This document shows, one piece after another, positions 37,901 to 45,962 of a stretch of DNA of 64,000 nt. The DNA comes from a candidate division FCPU426 bacterium. Lineage in GTDB: Bacteria; Oederibacteriota; Muellerivitia; Muellerivitales; Muellerivitaceae. A program made the position numbers and the translations under genes. Below the pieces are notes generated by a model. It was not told the DNA's origin, did not search any database, and was given only the letters and a program-made list of their open reading frames with translations. Position 1 is the first letter of the stretch; every line of letters starts with the position of its first letter. Location: contig CAVTWJ010000013.1 of assembly GCA_963738405.1 (NCBI GenBank), forward strand, positions 6,445-70,444, given 5' to 3'.

Positions 37901-38593
37901 ATGAAACAACCTTCGATACTCATGATTGAAGACGACCCATCCGTTTCAACCTTAACTCGTGACCTTTTTTTAAAAGAAGGGTACAAAGTTCGTATGTCGT
38001 CCAAGGCCATGGAAGGCTGGGACATTCTCCAAAAGGAAGAATTTGACCTTTTAATACTAGATTTGGGTTTGCCGGATATGAACGGCTTGGATCTTTGCAA
38101 CAAGATCAAGAGGGATCCGGCTCGGGGACAAATTCCTATTTTTATCCTGACGGCCTTAGGTTCCTCGGAGGATATCGTCAAAGGTTTGGAAGCGGGCGCC
38201 GAGGACTATCTTTCCAAGCCTTTCAACGAGCGGGAATTTTTGGCCCGGGCCCGGGCGATCTTGCGGAGGCACGATCCGCTTGTCACGAAGGATGAACAAA
38301 TCATTTCCGGGAAAATTAAATTGTCCTCCGCGTCCCACGAGGCTTGGAGTTCGGACGCGCCGATCCAGCTCACCCTTCGGGAATTCGATATTCTTCGTGT
38401 CTTTCTTCTCAATCCGGGAAAGACCCTGACGCGGGAAGAAATGGTGAGGATGGCATGGGGACCCGCCACAACGATTGTTTCCAAAGTGGTGGACGTTCAC
38501 GTTGGCCACCTGCGCGCGAAGTTGGGGGCGGAAGGAAAAAGAATCGCTACCGTTCCTCAAGTTGGATACAAGCTGGTTCCTGTTAAGTCCTGA
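37901..38593 (+). CDS. OmpR/PhoB-family response regulator
   Basis: ILMIEDD, DLLILDLGLPDMNG, LTALG and SKPF, plus a winged-helix output (LTLREFDILRVFL..., VDVHVGHLRAKL). Confidence 0.9.
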   Translation: MKQPSILMIEDDPSVSTLTRDLFLKEGYKVRMSSKAMEGWDILQKEEFDLLILDLGLPDMNGLDLCNKIKRDPARGQIPIFILTALGSSEDIVKGLEAGAEDYLSKPFNEREFLARARAILRRHDPLVTKDEQIISGKIKLSSASHEAWSSDAPIQLTLREFDILRVFLLNPGKTLTREEMVRMAWGPATTIVSKVVDVHVGHLRAKLGAEGKRIATVPQVGYKLVPVKS

Positions 38594-38772
38594 CACGCCT
38601 CGCGCTAAAACCCGAAAAAATTTCACGACCTTCCGAAAAATATTCTTTCAAAAACTTTTTAAAAATTTTTCCGCCCGCCCACAATCTGTTAAACGTCAAA
38701 CACTCTGAAAAAACGTTTCGAGCCGAAACCGCTTTCATGAATTGGATCGGTTTAAGCAAATATCGATATGAG

Positions 38773-38804
38773 TTCTTTACCACATCTATACCGCTTCTTT
38801 ACCA
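38773..38804 (+). promoter_or_regulatory. Candidate response-regulator box: TTCTTTACCA direct repeat, 22-bp phasing
   Basis: Exact 10-mers at 38773-38782 and 38795-38804, about 130 bp upstream of the giant surface-protein gene and about 180 bp downstream of the OmpR-family gene. Confidence 0.3.
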
Positions 38805-38933
38805 GGCCCTTAAGGAATTGCGGGTAACCTTACATCAAGCGACAAACGATTTCTGAATTTCCAGTTCCTGCCGGAATGGAATAAATAAAAAAATGCTTTC
38901 TGAAACCGATTGAACTCGGTTCGAGGATGTTCA

Positions 38934-41900
38934 ATGGCCGTTACGGGGATGAATGTGGGTGCTTCCGTTGAATCGGCGGGCACTTTCAAAAAAATAAAAT
39001 TATTTTTGATTCGATTGAAAAATGTTTTTTTCAGTGTATGGAAGCTTTTGTGCTTAAAACCTTCCGGCTGTGTTCGACCGCATTTCACTTTCCTCATAAT
39101 TTTGTCGTTTATCTTATTTGCTTCTTCTCATGCGAAGGCCCAAGTTTGGCCCAACGGTTGTTTCACCAGCGGCCTCACTGATTGGTCGTCGGTGGTGAAT
39201 GCAGGTACGAACGCCACTGCGGGAGGGTTGAATGGTGTAGGCGGCACTGGCAATTGCGTCGGCCAGGTTCTCCAGGTAACAAATGCCACGGTCTATCCGG
39301 GGCAAACGGCCCCCGGCTTCGCCCCGAATTCAAACGGATTGCTTCCCATGGTGCCCCCGGGCCAAACGACGGCCGTACAGCTCTTCTCCGGCCATGGCGA
39401 CCAAAACCACAGCGACTGGGCTAGGGTTTGCCAGACAACAACCGTTCCCACCAATGGAAACACCTGTTTGAACTTTCTTCTGGCCGGGGTTTTTGAGAAC
39501 TACCATTTTAATAATCCTGGACAGCGCGCGGATGACGCCTTCATGGAAGTTCGTATTGTTCTGGGGGCGGCCAATTGCAACGCTCAGCCACCCGCAAATC
39601 CGGTCATTTATGACCTTGTGGTTAATTGGATATACCTTAACGGATCGGGTCTTCTCCAGTTGGACGGACTTGAAGGAAACGGGGCCGGAACCTATGGGAC
39701 CGCTACCGCCTGTCAGGTGAACGGCGATAACCCCCCCAATGACCCTTGCGATTGGGGAATCCTTCCCTGGACCCCCTACGAACTGAACCTTTGCCAATAC
39801 GCCGGCCAACAAATCACCATTGAGGTATCGACCTACGATTGCCTGGAGAGCGGACACTATTGCTGGGGTTATTTTGACTGTCCGACCTGGGGCTCTTGTG
39901 CCCCCGCTCCCGTCACTTTAACAAAATCCAACAGTCCAACCGGTCGAGTAAGCGAGGGTCAAACCATCACCTATACTCTGAATTATCAAAACACGAGTTC
40001 AACACAATTCACCGATGGAGTCGTGATCTATGACACGATTCCCACCGGCACGGGCTATGTGACCGACTCCCAAGCCAGCAACCCCTATATGCCGGTGACC
40101 TTTGCCAACACGTCCGGCCGGGGGGTCGTGAGTTTGGTAGGATGGGACATAGGATATTTAAAACCGCTGGCGTCGGGAACCCTTTCCTTTGCTGTGACTG
40201 TTGGCCCCTTGGCTAACGGCGCATGCGCAGAAACGATCGTCAACCAGGCGGCAGAGACCGACGACCTTACTTGTTATTTGGTTCCGAATATATTGACATC
40301 CAATTCCGTTACCAATGTTGTGGGCTATACCTGCACACCAAGCCCCACTAAAACTGCGACGCCGTCACCTACCAACACCATCACCCCGACACCCAGTAAG
40401 ACTCCAACCCTCACCCCCACGAACACTCCAACACCAACTCCTACGAATACCCCAACTAACACACCTACGCCCACGCCCACTTGGACTCCCACGAATACGC
40501 CCACCTATACACCGACTCCAACCCCCACGAACACTCCGACGGAAACACCAACTCCCACCGACACAAAGACTCCTACTAATACCCCTACGAATACTCCAAC
40601 CCCTACCCCAACCAACACTCCGACGAATACTCCAACAGTTACTCTCACCCGCACCCCCACTAATACCTATACCCAAACACCGACTCCTACTCCTTCTAAT
40701 ACTCCTACCGACACGCCGACTCCGACTAATACCCGGACGCCCACCAATACGCCGACCCAAACCCCGACACCCACACCCACCAACACTCCAACGGATACCC
40801 TGACCGCGACTCCAACCCGGACTCCTACCAATACACCCACGGTCACCCATACTCCCGTTTTTACCTACACCCAAACCCCCACGAGTACTCCCACCAACAC
40901 GCCCACTGTGACCTTTACGCCTACTCCCACCAACACACCGACGAATACCCCCACGCCCACCCCAACCTTTACACCCACCCTGACACCCACTCAAACCTTC
41001 ACCCCGACTCCGACCATTACCCCCACGAATACCTTTACCGCCACACCGACCGCAACCCCGACCAATACCCGTACGATCACTTGGACCGCGACGCCTACGG
41101 TAACACCCACCAATACCTTTACGCCGACCTCAACCCTGACGCCCACCAATACTCCGACGACGACACCGACCCGCACTCCCACGAATTCGTCTACTTTTAC
41201 CCCCACGGTAACCCCGACCTATACGGCAACCAACACCTTCACCTGGACCATTACTTGGACGCCAAGCTGGACTCAAACCCCCACCTCAACCCCCACCATG
41301 ACCCCGACCCCCAGCCCCACGCCTGTTTATTTACTCACCAAACAAGCGTCGAAATACACCGCTACCTCCGGTGACCTGGTAGTCTTCCAGCTCAACCTTT
41401 ATCTTCCTAATTCCATACCCGCAGGCGCCGTGATTACCGACCAACTTCCGGTGGATGTCAATTTCAAGGACTTCCAACAGAGCCCCTCCGGCTCTACCGC
41501 CTCCCAAACCGGTTCCACCCTCAGCTGGACCTTGCCCGCCCTTCCAGCCGGGGTCTATCCCTTTACTTACGAGGTGGGAATCGATAATTTCCTTCCCAAT
41601 GGGGAACAGTTGGTGAACACCGCGGTATTTAACTCATCCTCCCTGCCGCCCCTTTCCGCCGCCGCGACGGTTCTCACGGTGGGGCAGTACGTCATCAAGT
41701 TGGGTGTCTATAACGAGGCCGGGGAATTGATTTACAGCTTCCCGGTCACCACCATGACCCAGCCCGTCGGGTCGCTCCAGGCGCCCCTAACCGTCCTCCA
41801 AACGGCAACTGATGTGGTGAAGATCTATTTTGACGGGGCTCTTTTAGGCCAATGGAACGGCAACACTAATTCGGGCACACCCGCCACCAACGGCACCTAT

Positions 41901-42584
41901 CACGTCCAGGCGACCAGTGTTGATTCTCTCGGCACCATCAATACCACCACGCTCCAAGTGGTGGTGAACCGGTCCTACTCCCAAGTTACGGTGGAAGTGT
42001 TCAATGAAGCGGGAGAAGTGGTGCGCCATCTCTACGGCACACTGGCGGCGCCCGTGAGCGTCCAGATGGCGGGGGTCGATCTTTCCGCGGAAAGTTTCAA
42101 CCCCTACGCCCCGCCGACCCAGCCTCAAGACACGGTCCTCACCATCACGGATTCTCAGGGCGCTGCGGTGTCTCTGACTTGGGATGGGCGCAATGACAGC
42201 GGTGTCGTGGTGACCACCGGAAGATACCTTCTTTCGGTTCATTGGAAGGATGGCACCGGCGACGAACAGACCATCAATAAGTACGTGACCTTAATGGACG
42301 CGGGAGGGCCCGCGGGCTTGGTGACCGCTAGGCCGAATATCTTGAGGGGCAGGGGCGCCTCCACCCAAATCGTGGCAAGCCAGCAGGGATTGACCCTAAC
42401 GGTTCAAATCTACGATTTGATGGGGGAGATGGTGGATAAGGTGGAAGGTCCGGCGGGTCAAAGCCAGGCGGTTTGGTCGGCGTTAAAAGCGGCGAGCGGC
42501 CTTTACTTGGCGGTGGTGGATCTGACGGACGCAGCGGGAAATAGGGTTTCCCGGCAGATCCTCAAGTTAGTCGTGACCCATTAA
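38934..42584 (+). CDS. Giant secreted adhesin-like protein: Cys-rich N-domain, DUF11-like repeats, about 330-aa PT repeat, several FlgD-Ig-like C-terminal domains
   Basis: GAGGA SD plus ATG 38934 (the track starts at TTG 38910). Signal-like [19 protein letters not shown], then [11 protein letters not shown] / [10 protein letters not shown]-terminal [16 protein letters not shown]...[20 protein letters not shown], and a final ...[11 protein letters not shown]...[11 protein letters not shown]...LKLVVTH. Confidence 0.85.
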   Translation: MAVTGMNVGASVESAGTFKKIKLFLIRLKNVFFSVWKLLCLKPSGCVRPHFTFLIILSFILFASSHAKAQVWPNGCFTSGLTDWSSVVNAGTNATAGGLNGVGGTGNCVGQVLQVTNATVYPGQTAPGFAPNSNGLLPMVPPGQTTAVQLFSGHGDQNHSDWARVCQTTTVPTNGNTCLNFLLAGVFENYHFNNPGQRADDAFMEVRIVLGAANCNAQPPANPVIYDLVVNWIYLNGSGLLQLDGLEGNGAGTYGTATACQVNGDNPPNDPCDWGILPWTPYELNLCQYAGQQITIEVSTYDCLESGHYCWGYFDCPTWGSCAPAPVTLTKSNSPTGRVSEGQTITYTLNYQNTSSTQFTDGVVIYDTIPTGTGYVTDSQASNPYMPVTFANTSGRGVVSLVGWDIGYLKPLASGTLSFAVTVGPLANGACAETIVNQAAETDDLTCYLVPNILTSNSVTNVVGYTCTPSPTKTATPSPTNTITPTPSKTPTLTPTNTPTPTPTNTPTNTPTPTPTWTPTNTPTYTPTPTPTNTPTETPTPTDTKTPTNTPTNTPTPTPTNTPTNTPTVTLTRTPTNTYTQTPTPTPSNTPTDTPTPTNTRTPTNTPTQTPTPTPTNTPTDTLTATPTRTPTNTPTVTHTPVFTYTQTPTSTPTNTPTVTFTPTPTNTPTNTPTPTPTFTPTLTPTQTFTPTPTITPTNTFTATPTATPTNTRTITWTATPTVTPTNTFTPTSTLTPTNTPTTTPTRTPTNSSTFTPTVTPTYTATNTFTWTITWTPSWTQTPTSTPTMTPTPSPTPVYLLTKQASKYTATSGDLVVFQLNLYLPNSIPAGAVITDQLPVDVNFKDFQQSPSGSTASQTGSTLSWTLPALPAGVYPFTYEVGIDNFLPNGEQLVNTAVFNSSSLPPLSAAATVLTVGQYVIKLGVYNEAGELIYSFPVTTMTQPVGSLQAPLTVLQTATDVVKIYFDGALLGQWNGNTNSGTPATNGTYHVQATSVDSLGTINTTTLQVVVNRSYSQVTVEVFNEAGEVVRHLYGTLAAPVSVQMAGVDLSAESFNPYAPPTQPQDTVLTITDSQGAAVSLTWDGRNDSGVVVTTGRYLLSVHWKDGTGDEQTINKYVTLMDAGGPAGLVTARPNILRGRGASTQIVASQQGLTLTVQIYDLMGEMVDKVEGPAGQSQAVWSALKAASGLYLAVVDLTDAAGNRVSRQILKLVVTH
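40335..41323. repeat. About 1-kb uninterrupted coding (T-P-T-x)n repeat
   Basis: [45 protein letters not shown]... through ...[12 protein letters not shown]. Every alternative frame gives artefact ORFs. Confidence 0.9.
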
Positions 42585-42638
42585 TCTCAACATCTCCTCT
42601 GTTCTCTGGGGATGTTGAAAAAAGTTTAAGGAGAAAAG

Positions 42639-42803
42639 ATGGAAGAAAACCTCAACAAACGTTCAGCGGGTCAAGATGCAAATACCATCCTCGAAAAATG
42701 GTATGAGGATGTGGTTTATTCCGTCGCCGAGCAAATTGAGCTAGAACGCCAGAATGGGATTGCCGACAAAGCCAAAACCCACCCTTTTCCCTCTCAATCG
42801 TAG
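42639..42803 (+). CDS. Possible 54-aa protein, below the ORF-track cutoff
   Basis: AAGGAG SD 7 nt before ATG 42639. MEENLNKRSAGQDANTILEKWYEDVVYSVAEQIELERQNGIADKAKTHPFPSQS, stop at 42801-42803. Confidence 0.3.
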   Translation: MEENLNKRSAGQDANTILEKWYEDVVYSVAEQIELERQNGIADKAKTHPFPSQS

Positions 42804-42861
42804 GATTCTTAGCCCGCCTTTGGGTATAATTCCCCGCCCATAAAAAATTGAAGGGGAATCC

Positions 42862-44409
42862 ATGACCCAGTTTCAAAGCTTTAACCGCTTTTTCGCATTC
42901 TTTCTTTCAATATCCCTCGCCTTTGCCGTGACGGCTCTTGCCGAAGAGTCCACCCCATCAACCCCCGCCCCCGACCAAACTTCATCCGACATGAACCTTC
43001 CCGTCATTGAAAAAACTTTGAGCAATGGCTTGAAAGTCCTCGTCGTGGAAGAGCCGGGAATTCCCGTTGTGTCCTTCTCTTATATGCAGCCCGTCGGGGC
43101 CCAGGACGCTCCCAAGGGCAAAACGGGACTGCCCCATATGTTGGAACACATGATGTTCAAGGGCACCGAGACCATCGGGGCCAAAGATTACTCCAAGGAA
43201 GAACCCATCTTGGAAGAGCAGGACAAGGTGGCCGCCGAGATTAACGAAGAAAACGCCAAGTTGGAACCCAATCCCGACCGCTTGAAGGAACTGGCCGGGG
43301 AAATGAAAAAGCTTCAACTTGAAGACCGCCAATGGGTCATCAAGGACGAACTGGATTCCATCTATACCCAAAACGGGGGCCAAAGCCTCAACGCCTGGAC
43401 CAGCCAGGACGCAACTAATTACACCGTGACCCTGCCCGCCAATAAAGTAGCCCTTTATGCCACCATCGAACAGGACCGCCTGACCCATCCGGTCTTCCGC
43501 GAGTTTTATTCCGAGCGCGACGTGGTGGCCCAGGAAAGGCGCTGGCGCACCGAATCCAGTCCTGACGGCAAGCTGGAAGAGGCGCTGGAATCCACGGCTT
43601 TTTCCGCCAGCCCCTACAAGGACCCGGCCATCGGCTGGATGGGCGACATCCACAAACTTATGCGCCCCGACGCGGTGCAATTTTACCGAAGCTCTTACCG
43701 GCCCGACCGGGGGGTGCTGGCGGTAGTAGGCGGGGTGAAAGCGGACGAGGTTTTGCCTCTCTTTGAGAAAACCATCGGCCAGGTGCCCAACCCCGATGTG
43801 CCTCCCTTGAAGCAGGCCTGGACCCAGGAACCTCCCCAACAGGGCCCCAAAACAGTTCGGGTGTCCTTTGACGCCGACCCCATGGTAATGATGGGCTGGC
43901 ATATCCCCAACTTTCCCCATAAAGACTCGGTGACGCTGGATGTGCTTTGCGACATCCTTACAAGTGGCAATACCTCTCGCCTGGTGAAGGGGCTGGAACT
44001 GGAAAAGAAGATGGTGACCTCCATCAGCGCCTCCACCGGCTATCCCGGCGATCGCTCCCCCGACTTAATGGTGATGCAGTTCAACCCCGCGCCCGGGCAA
44101 AAGGAAGACAAGATCATCTCGGCCATCGAGGCCGAAATCGCCTCCATTCAAAAGAAGGGCGTTACCCAAGAGGAAATGGACCGGGCCCGCCGGGGAACCG
44201 AATCCTCTTTTCTATGGGGCAAGACCAGCCCCTCCGGGCTGGCCACCGACCTGGCCTATAACCAGGCCGTCCATGGCGATTACCGCTACCTGGCGAAATA
44301 CATCGATATGGCCAGCGCCATTACTTCGCAGGATATCCAAGCCGCCGCCAAAACCTATCTGGTGACCGACAACCTTACGACCGCTTATTTGGAAAGGGCC
44401 AAGCCATGA
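42862..44409 (+). CDS. M16-family (pitrilysin/insulinase) zinc peptidase, catalytic subunit
   Basis: Signal peptide, then the inverted zinc motif HMLEHMMFKGT (HxxEH). Confidence 0.9.
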   Translation: MTQFQSFNRFFAFFLSISLAFAVTALAEESTPSTPAPDQTSSDMNLPVIEKTLSNGLKVLVVEEPGIPVVSFSYMQPVGAQDAPKGKTGLPHMLEHMMFKGTETIGAKDYSKEEPILEEQDKVAAEINEENAKLEPNPDRLKELAGEMKKLQLEDRQWVIKDELDSIYTQNGGQSLNAWTSQDATNYTVTLPANKVALYATIEQDRLTHPVFREFYSERDVVAQERRWRTESSPDGKLEEALESTAFSASPYKDPAIGWMGDIHKLMRPDAVQFYRSSYRPDRGVLAVVGGVKADEVLPLFEKTIGQVPNPDVPPLKQAWTQEPPQQGPKTVRVSFDADPMVMMGWHIPNFPHKDSVTLDVLCDILTSGNTSRLVKGLELEKKMVTSISASTGYPGDRSPDLMVMQFNPAPGQKEDKIISAIEAEIASIQKKGVTQEEMDRARRGTESSFLWGKTSPSGLATDLAYNQAVHGDYRYLAKYIDMASAITSQDIQAAAKTYLVTDNLTTAYLERAKP

Positions 44410-45842
44410 AAACAACCTTTTCGTCCTTCAATCTAATCAAGATCGCTTCTATTTATGCCTTCCTTGCTCTTCTGGGAACTGCGGTTTGTGCCAAACCGCC
44501 CCAGTTTCCGCCTGAAACGCCTTTGGAAATAAAAGTTCCCGATATCCATGTCAAAACCCTTTCCTGCGGACTGAAGGTTCTCTTCATTCACGACGACCGC
44601 CTGCCTCTTGTTTCTGGCTCCCTCCGCATTCCGGGCGGCAATGTCTCGGACCCGCAAGGCAAGGAAGGTCTGGCGGCCCTGACGGCTGAGTCCCTTCGTA
44701 ACGGCGGTGCGGGAAAACTCAAACCCGGGGCTTTCGACGAGGCGCTGGAAAATAAGGCCATCTCCATGGGCTGTACCAGCGAGACGGAAGACTTTAACGC
44801 CACCTTCAATTGCCTGGCCCCCGATCTTTCGGAGGCTTTGGGATACTTCGCTGACCTGATTCGCCACCCGGGGTTTGACGCCAAACGTTTGGCTACCGAC
44901 CAATTGGACCAGGCGGAGGATTTAAACCGCGTGGAAGACACCCCCGATTCCATCACCAGGGTCCTTTTTACCAAGACTCTCTTTGGGCAGTCGCCTTACG
45001 GCCGGTGGGGAAGCCCCGCGACAGTTAAAAAGCTGAATCCCAACGACGTGAAGAATTTTTACGGAAAGCATTTCGGTCCCAAAGGATCTGTGCTGGTGGT
45101 GACCGGTAAGTTTGATGAGGATCAGGTTTCCGCTGAGCTGGAAAGACTCTTTTCAGGATGGAAGGCTCAGGGTCAAACACCCGCATATGCCGATGCCGAG
45201 CCCATGGGCCCCACGATTTACTTCTTCCCTAAGGATGTGACCCAGGTTTTTATCCGCTTCGGCCTGCCGGGTTTGAAGCGCCACGACCTCAATGACATAC
45301 CTCTTCAAGTCGCCAATTACGTATTGGGCGGTTCGGGCTTCACCTCGCGCTTGATGAGAGAAATTCGCTCCAATCGGGGGCTGGCCTACTTTGTGGATAG
45401 CTACTTCCTGCCCTATAACATCAAAGGCCCTTTCCAGGTTGTGGGAGGAACCCGGCCCGATTCGGTGAAGGAATATTTGACGGTCATGTTTGATCAGTTA
45501 GCCCAATACGCAAAGGAAGGTCCCACCGAAGCCGAGATGGAAGCAGCCCGGAAGGGAATGATTGAGGAATACGCTTATAACTTCGAATCATCTTTTAATC
45601 TCGCCACTTACGAAGGTTCGTTGGCCTTTAATGGCTACCCGGATGATTATCTGGAAACCTTCCGTGACAAGATCAAGGCCGTCACCGGGACCCAAGCCGC
45701 CGAAGCGGAACAAGCTGTTTTGAACCAGAAGAATTGGGTGCTGGTGGTTTGCGGGCCTGATGGTTTGCAGAAGGACCTGGAAGGTTTCGGTAAGGTCGTG
45801 ACGATGAAGAGCGTCTTCGCGCCGATTCCCGTAAAACCTTAA
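44406..45842 (+). CDS. M16-family peptidase, non-catalytic partner subunit
   Basis: M16 fold pattern but no HxxEH (GLAALTAESLRNGGAG at the equivalent place). ATGA overlap with the upstream gene. R/Y pair region ...SRLMREIRSNRGLAYFV. Confidence 0.85.
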   Translation: MKTTFSSFNLIKIASIYAFLALLGTAVCAKPPQFPPETPLEIKVPDIHVKTLSCGLKVLFIHDDRLPLVSGSLRIPGGNVSDPQGKEGLAALTAESLRNGGAGKLKPGAFDEALENKAISMGCTSETEDFNATFNCLAPDLSEALGYFADLIRHPGFDAKRLATDQLDQAEDLNRVEDTPDSITRVLFTKTLFGQSPYGRWGSPATVKKLNPNDVKNFYGKHFGPKGSVLVVTGKFDEDQVSAELERLFSGWKAQGQTPAYADAEPMGPTIYFFPKDVTQVFIRFGLPGLKRHDLNDIPLQVANYVLGGSGFTSRLMREIRSNRGLAYFVDSYFLPYNIKGPFQVVGGTRPDSVKEYLTVMFDQLAQYAKEGPTEAEMEAARKGMIEEYAYNFESSFNLATYEGSLAFNGYPDDYLETFRDKIKAVTGTQAAEAEQAVLNQKNWVLVVCGPDGLQKDLEGFGKVVTMKSVFAPIPVKP

Positions 45843-45850
45843 TCAGGAAT

Positions 45851-45888
45851 AAAAAACCCAGGTTCTTTAGAATCTGGGTTCGTGTTTT
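45851..45888. terminator. Bidirectional hairpin terminator between the M16 operon and tRNA-Glu
   Basis: A6-aacccag-12 nt loop-ctgggtt-cgtgtttt. Confidence 0.5.
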
Positions 45889-45962
45889 GGTAGCCCCACG
45901 GGGAATCGAACCCCGATTTAATGGCTGAGAACCATCCGTCCTAACCGTTAGACGATGGGGCC
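45888..45962 (-). tRNA. tRNA-Glu(CTC): tRNA-Glu, anticodon CTC, CCA encoded
   Basis: The reverse complement folds as GGCCCCA-TC-GTCT-AACGGTTA-GGAC-G-GATGG-TTCTCAG-CCATT-AAAT-CGGGG-TTCGATT-CCCCG-TGGGGCT-A-CCA. Confidence 0.95.

Noticed and set aside
40315-40803. Pro/Leu/Arg-rich alternate-frame ORFs inside the giant adhesin repeat (40315..40803, 41081..41374)
   Set aside because: These are frame-shifted readings of the same PT repeat. The +0 frame continues seamlessly from and into recognisable domains.
40335-41323. Possible CRISPR array or tandem DNA repeat
   Set aside because: The periodicity is at codon level (6-12 nt) with varied synonymous codons. There is no repeat-spacer structure of 25-40 nt units and there are no cas genes.
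42982-43920. The 312-aa ORF antisense to the M16 peptidase gene
   Set aside because: The plus strand encodes the HxxEH peptidase. The antisense product is Gly/His/Phe-rich without features.
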